The notes beneath the pieces were generated by a model. That model was not told the DNA's origin and did not search any database. It worked only from the letters and a program-made list of their open reading frames with translations. Made by a program: the position numbers and the translations under genes. A DNA stretch of 64,000 bases from Selaginella moellendorffii (Eukaryota > Plantae > Lycopodiophyta): positions 144,282-208,281 of the forward strand of contig NW_003314405.1 of the NCBI RefSeq assembly GCF_000143415.4, in the 5' to 3' direction. Within the stretch, counting starts at the first letter, position 1. Every line of letters begins with the position of its first letter. Shown here in pieces: positions 11,919 through 22,700 of this stretch.

Positions 11919-12469
11919 GGTGGGAGCGGTAAGGTAGCCAAATGATAGCGCCGTGGACAGCCCTAGCATAAAATATGATAACTGGAACTTAGTGCCAAAG
12001 GTGGCATGAAATCGAAAAGAGGATGATGGTGCCCTCAAGTAGAGAACTTTCTAGGATGAGGAAGTGGAGTTGCACAATATGGGCAATGCAAGGTGTTGAA
12101 GACACCTAAGAAACTGACTTCGAGAAGTCAGAAATAATAGAGTTCCAAAGTGCAAGGGTTGTATCAATGGAAATTGAGACTACTCGAGAATAAATAGTGG
12201 GATTGGGTTAGAGAAGGTGTCTCTAACAGGTTTAGCGAGAACTAAACCAATAAAAGGAGAGAACCACCACAAATGGTCGAATGAATCTCTAAGTTGAAGA
12301 GACTATACTCCTTAAAGGATGGGTAAGGCAAGGTGAGCCTTCGGTGTTAAACCATGGATGAATGTTGGCGAGGGGCCAAGGATGCAAAGGGTAATACAAG
12401 CTAATATTACTTTATAAAATAGTTTATCGTTCGATAAGGACATCGAACTTCGTCTATGGGTGGTGGAGT

Positions 12470-14041
12470 TGTGAGACACAAAATCACTAGGCCCCAAAGT
12501 GGAGCTGAAAGGGTGCCACATGGTAGTGGCTGAAGCGAAAGCCAAACGAGCGTAACACGTTTGGACTAAAAGCTCCGACTTGAAAAGGTCAAGAGTGGGA
12601 GTGGAACTCCCAACGAAGTGCTTGAGGAACGAGCACGAAGCGAGCAATAAGCGAGGCTCCAAAAAGGGACCCAAAAGGACCAACACATGACACGTGGAAG
12701 TGTCCGAGATGGACTCGAGTTGGGGTTCGAAGTGGAGTCCGAGACGGAGTCCGAGGTGGACCCGAGATGGACCCGAGGTGGAGTCCGAGATGGAGTCTGA
12801 GATGGACCCAAGATGGAGTCTGAGATGGACCCAACATGGAGTCCGAGATGGACCCGAGATGGAGTCTGAGATGGACCCGACATGGAATCCGAGGGACCCG
12901 AGATGGAGTCCGAAGTCGAGACTGAGACTGGAACCGAGACCGAGACTGAGACCGGGACCGAGGCCGAGGCCGAGACCGAGCCCGAGTCCGAGCCCGAGTC
13001 CGAGCCCGAGTCCGAGTCCGAGTCCGAGTCCGAGTTTGAGTCTAAGAGGGTGAAAGCCCAAAGCGTTCATCTCCTAGACCCTGGGGGGTTTGGTGAGCTC
13101 CAAAAGTATAGTAGGGGGAGGACTGCAGTGGAGCCAGTTTGGCCAGGAACGGCCAGTTTGGCCCAGGAAGGCCGGACCCAGTATTGGGTGATGAGCTGCC
13201 CACTGGGAAGTCCAAGACTAGAGTGAACACGGACCGACAAGCGGGGTAGCTTGGTGAAGTGTTCAAGAGCCGACTCTAGTTCCCTCGAGAGATCGACTGG
13301 CCGATGCTCCCAATCCAAGTGTGGGTGGCACTACCTACTTGGATACCTGGTGTGGCTCAATGGAACCTCACTCTAAGCCCATGGCTAGAGCACCCAAAGG
13401 CAGAAGGCGAGGAGAGTACCCACGAGGCCCGCGTAGGGCCACGGTGTTCCGAAATGTTGCCCCAAAGTCCCAGACTGTGGAAAGGAAGAAGAGTAGTCCT
13501 TTAGTGTGGTGATAAGGGACACAGTCACACCGTGAGGAAGTCCCAGAGGACAGTTGGACTTAGTGATCGGGCCTGTGGGCCTTGATCCAGTGGCAATGTT
13601 GGTGAACGCGGCCATGGACAGGAAGGGACTTGGTGGGGACCGGAAAGGAGATATTGGGGAAGGCTATTCCCCATGTCTGCAGGCATTTTGAGGATGCTAT
13701 GGAGTGGATCTGGGATAGCCACTCATGGATGGATGGCCTAGTCTTTGAGAGACGGGATTGTAATGCAGGTGGTGTTGAACCACCGGGGTGACCAAGGTGA
13801 ATGGGCATGGCTTTAGCGTAACGGGCCGATATGTTGGTGGTACCTCGGGGTGCCGGTCATAGGATCGGACACGTGGAGCACTTGGACCAAGTGCAAAGGT
13901 GGAGTGGCATGAATGCCATTCTCGGGGCTAATAAGCCCCAAGTCCTAACTGAGACTTATGGAGGTTGTGAATGAGACTCCTCCAAGTGGTCGGAGGTGCG
14001 GTTAAGTGACTAAAGTAAAATGGAAAAATTAGTCATTTACA
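12470..14041 (+). repeat. 3' LTR of family A element (1572 bp) with hexamer/12-mer minisatellite at ~12700-13045
   Basis: TG...CA ends, preceded by the PPT, matches 1-836. Confidence 0.9.
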
Positions 14042-14255
14042 ATATAGAGGTGGGGTTCGAGTCTTTAACCCTTTAGTGCTTGAGTTCGAGTCTCAACTGA
14101 CTAGGGCATGGTGATGGTTTGGAATATGAGGACACTCATTTTTGGTGGTATGGACTCTCAATAAAGAAACTAGCTTGGGCACACTGGTAAGTGGGGGATA
14201 TTTTAGAGTCGTAATGCACAATTATATTGCTTAGTGTGAAAGCTTGGCATATCTA
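14042..14255 (+). mobile_element. Fragment of an older family A internal region (structured RNA segment)
   Basis: Diverged match to ~3370-3585. Confidence 0.75.
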
Positions 14256-14810
14256 TTGTTTCATTTTCTCCATTTTTAGATCTTATTCTTGTACTAATAA
14301 TTTTTTTCCAAGGGATTTGAATTGAAAGCTACTTCAACAACATATGGAACTATGAAGATCCATGAGGGTTGCTTTCCTTCCTGTTTGGATCACCTTCTTA
14401 AAGGTGGGCAATTCTCTCAAGAAATTATCAAAAAAGTGCTTTTAACCTTGGCAAGAGTTTAATTACAGTAATAAATGTAGCAAAATCTTTATCTTTATAG
14501 CTTTCTATCATTTCCATGCATGTTGAGGAACAGTGATCATAAAGCGGATGCTATAGGGCTTTGCCTATAGGATAGTGTCGAGCTGGTGCAGATCATGGGC
14601 ATAACTCACCATAAAAAATGTGCATAAAATGAGCTCTTGCATAGCAAAAATGTTTCCTCATCCATTCACAAACTATTGGATTGTAAAATAAACTTCATTT
14701 GTTGAGCCAATGTGATCCAGAGTGCAATTCATGCCATGCACAAATCATGGTTTATGTGGTACTGATGTGGCAAATGGTCACATGTACCTATGGCCTCCCA
14801 AGAACTAAAT

Positions 14811-14813
<3 letters not shown>

Positions 14814-14865
<52 letters not shown>
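14814..14865. repeat. (CT)n microsatellite
   Basis: About 26 CT units. Confidence 0.95.
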
Positions 14866-14866
<1 letters not shown>

Positions 14867-15565
14867 ATGTAGCACTGGATTTTTATATATGACATGCAAA
14901 ACCATGCATGACCATACCAAAACAAAAATCAAAAATCCATTTGTAACTTACAAAAACTTTCCATTTTACATGAAAAGTCTTACATTCACGTACATGTACC
15001 AATCACACATATGGGCACACCTGCCAAACTTGCTGCCACCCAGGTTTGGGAAAGGCCCAGCTTTGTGGAGTGTAAGTTCAGCACAACTGTACTTGAGATC
15101 ACCTTAGAAACCCTTTGATAACAAGAGAACATCCTTCCCGCTAGTGAGGCGTGATGTGACTTTTTTTTTTCCAGTCACAAATTAGGCCTTAAAGCCAACT
15201 TGCAGAGCCCAAGAACCGACATGTAACAGAACTAGAGATCAAACACACCCTATCCTATCTGCTATCACAATTTATAGAGATGAAACAAACTTAGAAGTTC
15301 CAATATGTATACTTGTTGAAAAATTAGATTTAATAAGAATTACAAATAACTACTAGTTTCCAACAAAAAATAAGATTGCCCTACTTCTTTCTTATGGAGT
15401 CAGCCCACACTGTCGACAAATTTTCCTATGGCATGGCTAATACAAGCAAGACTGATGCCAATACAAAGGCCACATATCCCAAACCCCATATCCAACACTC
15501 TATCGTGACAATAGAGACCATCCCTTATTGTGATCCTAACCCCTATATTCTCTATCTTAAAATGT

Positions 15566-18500
15566 AAGGCACCAAGGATGTGGTGAATGAGATGGGGAGA
15601 TTTAGTCTCAATTGCTATGGACCTTTGGTTGGAGATAACTTGGGTGCACCACCAAGTGTGAAGAATGCCCTTAGAGTCATGGTTAACAATTTAAAGATCT
15701 AGAAGACATAATATTTATTGGCAAACCTATTAAGGTGTCAAAATGAGATCACTAAGTGATCCTATGGCTAAATAAGGACAAAATCCTAGTTAGGTTAAGG
15801 AATAAGGTTCATGGTTCAAAGTGTTGATTTGAACTGTTAGTTATTGTGTGAATTGGTTGAAGTGACTAAGTGGAAAGCACAACTAAAGGAAATGAGTTAT
15901 ATCAATATGGTGAATCCAAGAGAAGTAGTCTTTAAGAAAGACTTATGAGAGGGTTACAAAGTTGGGCCATGGATAAAGCCTATAATAGAAATGCTAAAAA
16001 GATTTATTAGAGGTGAACACTCCCTATATTTAGTAAAGCAAATTTTTTGCTATGGAATTGAAAAGATATCTCGAGGATGGAGGTAGTGATCATATGTTAC
16101 TTGATACAACAATCAAAGGATAGGGTGCACACAGCTGTCATCGAGAAATGCCTCAATCACATCACCCCGAAACCACTCCATATAGCAAAAATCATTGATG
16201 TTTGATACTAATGGATTTTGGGAAAAGAAATATGTTTCTAAGGATGGATTCCCAAATACTCCAATTTGGCAAAGGTGAAAGCTCAAAAGGAGAGAGTGAC
16301 AAGAAAGCCAAATGATAGGGCCTTGGATATCCATAGCACAAATTATGGATAAGTGGAATTTAATGGTTAAAGTGGTACAAAATAAAAGAGAAGATGATAG
16401 TGCCCTCAAGCAAAAAACTTCTTAGGATAAAGAAGTGGAGTTTGCATAACATATGTAATGCAAGGTGTCGAAGATATCTAGGAAATTGATTTTGAGAAGT
16501 CAAAATTAAAAATTCTAAAGTGTGATGGTTATGTTTGATAGATGCTGAGACTATTCAGGAATGAATAGTTGGATTGAAATAGAGAAGGTGTCTCTAACAG
16601 GTTTAGCGAGAATTAAACCAAATAAAGGGAGAGAACCACCACTAGTGGTATAATAAGTTTCTAAGTTGAAGAGATTATATTTCTTAGTGTAAGCAACTAA
16701 AGGAAATCACTCGAGAGACGATCCATAAGGGTTTAAATATAAAGAGAAAGGTCCCATGAATAAGAGTGCACCCTCTTTTTCAATCGGTTAAGGGTCTTGG
16801 GATGTTTAGGGTTAAGCGTCCTTGGGTTTAAATAATACTTGGCTGGGTGACCTCCCAAGAAGTCTAAATTCAGGAGTTTACACTTGGATGATGGGCAAGG
16901 CATGGTGAGCCTTCAGTGTCAAACCATTGATGAATATTACTTTGATGCTAAGGACAAAAAGAGTAATATATAATGGTGTTACTTTATAAAATAATTTATT
17001 ATTTGATGAGGACATCAAATTTCGTCTATGGGTGGTGGAGTTGTAAGACACAAATCCCTAAACCCCAGAGTGGAAATAATTTATCGTTTGATGAGGACAT
17101 CAAATTTCGTTCATAGGTGGTGGAGTTGTGAGACACAAACCCTTAAACCCCAGAGTGGAGCAAAAAGGGTAGTGGTCGAACAAGTGTAATATATTTGGAC
17201 TAAAGGCTCTAACTTGGAAAGTCAAGAGTGAGTGGAACTCTGAACAAAGTGCTTAAGAAATGAATTGCTGAATGAGTTTCTAAAAGAGGATATAAGAAGG
17301 ATTGATACATGGCAAGTGTCGTGACACATGGAAGTGTCAGGAACAAGTCCAAAAAGGAGTTCAAGAAAGAGTCTAAGATGGAGTCCGAGATGGACCCAAG
17401 ATGGACCCGAGATGGAGTCTGAGAAGGATTTGAGATGGAGCCTGAAGTCGAGTTTGAGGTCAAGACCAAGACTGAGACTAAGACTGAGACTGAGATTGAG
17501 ACTGAGACCGAGACCGAGACCAAGACCGAAATCGAGATCGAGAACGAGACCAAGTTCGAGACCGAGTCCGAGTCCGAGTCCAATTTTGAGTCCAAAAGCA
17601 AGTCCAAGGGTGAAAGCCCAAAGCATTCATCTCCCAAACCTTGGGGGGTTTGGTGAGTTCCAAAAGTATAATAGGGGGGAGCACTTCAGTGGAGCTAGTT
17701 TGGTTAGGAAAAGCTAGTGTGACCAAGGAAGTTATACCCACGTGTTGGGTGATGATATATCCATTGAGGAGTTTAAGGTTAGAATGAATACAGACAGATA
17801 AGTAGAGTAATTTGGTGAAGTGTTTGAAAATCAACTCTAGCTCCCTCGAGAGATCGAATGGTCAATGCTTCCAATCCAAGTGTGGGTGGCACTATCTACT
17901 TGGATACCTTGCATGGCTCATCAGAACCTCACTCTATCCACATAAGTAAGGCACCTAAGAGTGGAAGGTCGGGGAGTACCCACGAGGCTCGTGTAGGGCC
18001 ACAGTGTTTCAAAATGTTGTCCCAAAGTTTCAGACATGGAAAAGAAGAGGAGTAATCCTCTATATAGTGACCAAAGATATAGTCACATGGTGAGGAAGTC
18101 CCAGAGGTCAGTGGGAATTAGTGGTCGAGCCTTTGGGCTTTGACCTAGTGGTGGTGTTGGTGAGCATGGCCGTGGATGAAAAGGGATTTGATGGGAATGG
18201 AAGATGAGATATTGGGGAAAGGTGTCCCCCATGTTTTTAGGCATCCTAAGGGTGTTAAAGTGTGGTCAAGGGATGACCACTTATGGACAAATGGCTTAGT
18301 CTTTGAAAGACAGGACTATGATGCAGTTGGTCTTGGACTATTGATGTGACAAAAGTGAATGGGCATGGATTTAGCCTAACGGGCTGATATGTTGATAATA
18401 CCTTTGGGTGTTGGTCAGGGGATCGAACACATGGAGCAATTAAACTAAGTGCAAAGGCTGAATGGCATATATGCCATTCACGGGGCTAGCAAGTCCTTAA

Positions 18501-18797
18501 ATCTAGAATAGAACTTATGGAGGTTGTGAGTGAAACTCTTCCAAGTAGTTGAATGTGTAGTTAAGTGATTAAACTAAAATGGAAAATTTAGTCGCTTACA
18601 ACTTGGTGTTGGAGTTATTCCTTAGTCCAACCCTTATTGGTGGGTAAGTATTGGCATTGGAAGGTCCCAGAACTGGGTTTATCCTCAAAGAGTAGCATGT
18701 CGAAAGGGCATAACTCTCCACTTTGGTTCATACGTGAACACGTTAGCAATGTGGTGGATAAAAAAGGGTTATTAAGGGAATAACTTTAGGATTTTAG
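15566..18797 (+). mobile_element. Older degenerate family A copy: 3' internal region, PPT, LTR (~17127-18600), degenerate PBS and start of a further internal region
   Basis: Colinear with 3605-4389, 11924-14041 and 837-1045, with many transitions. It lacks the chromovirus insertion. Confidence 0.85.
16688..16882 (+). mobile_element. Cassandra-like TRIM solo LTR carrying a 5S rRNA internal-promoter-derived segment
   Basis: TGTAAG...TTTACA, 195 bp, TSD CTTAG/CTTGG, absent from the homologous site at ~12311. GTTAAGCGTCCTTGGG...AATAATACTTGGCTGGGTGACCTCCCAAGAAGTC resembles the plant 5S box A-IE-box C region. Confidence 0.75.
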
Positions 18798-19749
18798 TAT
18801 TTCAAGTGTCTTTTTCTTTGATGTGGCTATATTTCATGTTTAGAAGCTTCAACTTTTGGTTCTCTAGTCTGTACAGCCTAGTCTTCTAAAGTTTGCATAA
18901 TAAAAAGTTGCATAAAATTTTAAATGTGAGTTTTGAGGAACAAAAATTCTTTACATGGTCTTTCTTGGAAGAGGACTTGTGCTTCCTCTTCCTCCCATGT
19001 CCATTTCTAGATTTTAGTATCGTCAACTTGAAAAAACAGTATTAGAAAGAATAAAAACATACAAAAATCTTATGATTACATAATTGTGAACTCTAATTTT
19101 ATGTTGGTTTAAAGTTGCCTTGTCAAAAAACTTCTCGTCATAAAATACCTCCAGGAACATTCTCGAGCTTGTAGACGTATGGCTTATTGTCTCCATCCTC
19201 AAGATGCTGCCACTCATCTGCATTACTAAATGCGTTGATGTCTTCCTTGGCTGAGGTGGCTCTGCGTATCACTAAAAAATGCCAAAGATGAGCAACCAAG
19301 TTTTAAACCAAAGACCAAAGAAAAAACAAAGACTTTCACCATTGTGCATGTTTGAAAACAGTAGCAATGGGGGGTACTTGAGCTTCCTATTGAGGATCTT
19401 GATTGACAGCTCTATGCATCTTTAAGTAAATGCCACAAATGAGCAGCCCAATGATCAAAAAAAGCTGAGAAAAAGACTAAAGACCAAAACCCATTGTCTT
19501 TAAATAAAAGCAACCTTCCTATCTATACAACTAAGGATCTTACCCATCTAGATGCCTAAAATGTAGGTTAGATCTTGCAAACAGCCAATCTCTAACTCCT
19601 TTCCAGCATTGCTTTCCTCGCCTTCCAACAAACTCTATGAAATGCCCTCACCCTAAATTGGACTTATCTTTGGCCACTAGACAACTAGAATAAAGTAATA
19701 GTTAATGGTATTTGTTATGATTTTTGGCTATCAAAAAACTTTAGGTCCC

Positions 19750-22700
19750 TGACAGTACTTCAATAGATTTTTAAGTTTTCCAAGTTTTCTCAGCCTTGTG
19801 GACCTCCTAGTGCTAGCAAGAAACTCATCGTCTCCTGAACTTCCTCGTGTAGTTGCTGACCGTTACAAACAGTTGGGCTTCTCATTGTCAAAGTCATTTA
19901 GAATCTATTCAAAAACTCGCTTCAGGTCCTACACATGCTTCTTCACAGTCTACTTTTTGTTTTCATTCATGAAACCCATAGTGGGCAACATGTTATCTAG
20001 AATGCCAATTATACCAAGCAATGCTAGTGTTGATGAGAGGTTTTCAATAAGACTAAATGGCAACCAATGCTTGACCGCCTCAAGGTATGGGAACATTCTA
20101 AAAGCATCTGTAATTCAAAAGCATCAACATATGTAAAACAAAGCTATTCTAAATACCTTTAAAGTCTTTGTTTGCCCTTCTTGTAGTAACAATTCAATAA
20201 TAACTTGATCACCTATTGCACAAGCCACAACTAGGGGTACTCGACCAATGTTATTTATGTTATTAAAATTTGATACTCTAGAAATAAATTCTTTGACCTT
20301 TGCTTTCTAATGCTTTGTGATTGCATGGCATAGCATATCAATCCTTACTTTTACCATTGTCAAGCTGTCCATTCTAAAAAAAGGAATTTAAAAATAAAAG
20401 AAAGAGCAAAAATAGTAATAACAAACCCAAAATCTTCTTGCAGTGAATGCCAAGGAAAATTTGCAATCTAGGATCATGGAAGTACAATCCAAAAAAAGTG
20501 GATGGTGGTGGATGTAGTGGTCAACCTCAATGGTGTGCTTGCCATCCTTGGAAGCTATAAGAATAAAGTACTGCAAAAAGAAACGTATGAAGTAAAACAA
20601 TGTAGAAACAAATGAGTGAAAAACCTTACCTTGGGAATATAATCTTTGCATTTTGTTCAAAGAACAATTAAATCATCCAAAGTTGAGAGCTGCTTAAAAA
20701 TAACTATGGCCTTTACCATGGATGGTATAACTTTGTGGCAATGTTCTTGTCGCGCATGTGACTTCGGGTATCGAAAGTTACCTGTCGACCAGTCCTTACG
20801 GACACTCTTACCTTACTGCCACGATGGCAGGAGGTCGGTATTGCTGGACCCTTTATTAGCCCCTCTTGTGCTAGTGGAGTTAACTGGGCATTTCGAGTGT
20901 ACTTAGACCGGACGAGCATAAGGACGGAATTCCTACGTGTTATTAGCTAAGCATACTTAGCCCGGTAAGGAGTTCCCGTCTCGTTTTGTCTTGCACTTGC
21001 TAGTGACAAGAACCCTCGCGTATTGAGATTGGTCCCTCAATATCGCTGGATGATAGCTTTCCGTGTCTGCCAAACACCCTCGCTATCATACCCTTTGTGT
21101 TAGTCTCATTCCGGTCCCAGAAGCTATTTATGGAAAGTGTCCAGATTTGCTCATTTGGCATATCTACGGAATGTAGAGATCGGTCTGAACACAATGGTGT
21201 TCGTCCCGTGTCCAAATTTGCATTCTAGCGCCATTCCATATTTAGTAAGTTTCAAGCTTGTCCCAGAGACTAACTCCTGGTACTAAGGGTAGGCTTGGGG
21301 TGAAAGCCCAAAGCGTGTGTTCCTCAAGGGGGGGGGGGCTATGGGGGGTTCCAAATGTATAGTAGGGATAGGGGGTAGGTCGGGCATGGCCGACCAACCT
21401 GAGGCATAGTTTAGCTCCCGCTTGCGTGCCTGTCCTTGTTCTGCGTCCGGCTTGGGTCTAAGCCCAAGTTCCATTCCATGCTAGTTGGTGGAGTACCCAT
21501 GTCCTCGCGTTAGGCCACCGGTATGCCGAAATAGCGCCAGACTCCGTTTGGCTCCGTTTTGCATGCTGGTCCTGGCATTGGGATGCTGGTTGCTCCAGGA
21601 CTGTTCCAAGTCGCTCTAGGCTCCTGTCCCTTCGCTCCTTGGGTTTTATGCTCGGGAGTTGCTCCGTGGCTCGGTTCCGTCACTCCTTGGCTTCGTGCTT
21701 GGGAGTTTGGCACCGTTCCTTCGTTCAGTGGCCCAAGGCCCTGAACCTCGGGTTCCTATGGACACGTGGCATGGACACATGGCATGTGACACGTGGCATC
21801 TGTCACGTGGCACAAAGAGGGTTTAGGTTCCGCTTCGTGGTGTTATCCTATGGTAAATCACCATAGGATAAAGGGTCAAAACCACGTGCGCTACATTTGG
21901 TATCAGAGGCTACGTCTCAGCGAGTACTATTCAATGAGATTGGGCAACTAGTCTCGTTGCATACGCAGAGATGAAAACGATGATCCGAGTGGGTACACGT
22001 ATGGGTGCAAAGACTTCGCGTTCGTTCTTTGGGTATGGATTTGGTTACCTTGTTGTACCATATTTTGTGAGCTTGAGCTTGGGCTCACAAGAGGGATTTG
22101 AGATGTTCCGTTCGCATGGGTTTGAGCTTGGGCTCATGAGTGAGGCACATTAGCAACTCAAAGTTACATTTTGAGTTGGCAGGATTAATGTTAGCCTATC
22201 GGTGGTTCCATGAGTTGTTCCAGTGGTTCCATGAGTTGTTCCTTGTACCATGGGTTTAAGTAAACTTTCCCTGGGTTTGCTATGAGTGGCAAATAGGCTG
22301 GTCCGTAGCTGTTTAGCACGGCACTAGTGGATCCTTCCTAGGCGTGGTTACAAGTGGATCAATCAAGACTATAGGGATGAGTCTATTGATTCAAGTAATC
22401 ATTGCCGTGCTCTCTCATAAACTTTTCTTGGATTGGACTGAAGGCAGTGCGAAAGCAAGCTTGAGGTTTAGTCAAAGATAAGACCAAAAAGAGAGTTATC
22501 AGGGACGAAGGATCAAACACGTAAATCATTTTCTCTTCTTGGAGATATGATTTGCAACAAGGTGTTAACTCATTGCTCATGTTCCCATCATGCAATCAAG
22601 AGTCCCTACCTTGATGCATATTGGAAATGATAGTCTTACAAATGGCAAGTTGTGGGATGGATAACGGTGAAGCGTTATACCATTTTGTCTAGGCTTGCTA

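Larger units (their letters stand above)
1..14041 (+). mobile_element. Non-autonomous LTR retroelement (LARD-like, family A); 5' LTR truncated by the window edge; interrupted by a nested chromovirus
   Basis: Positions 1-836 match 13206-14041 (about 20 transitions by eye). Both LTRs end TTTACA. PBS TGGTATCGGAGC at 840-851. PPT GGGTGGTGGAGT at 12458-12469, then the 3' LTR starts TGTGAG at 12470. The ~4.1 kb internal region has no gag/pol ORF. Confidence 0.9.

Noticed and set aside
12700-13045. Regular repeat array as a possible CRISPR-like array
   Set aside because: Degenerate 6/12-bp tandem units without unique spacers, inside a eukaryotic LTR.
20748-21895. Hammerhead ribozyme (retrozyme) in the non-autonomous LTRs
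   Set aside because: I found no CTGANGA...GAAA core with supporting stems by eye; an Infernal search would be needed to exclude it.
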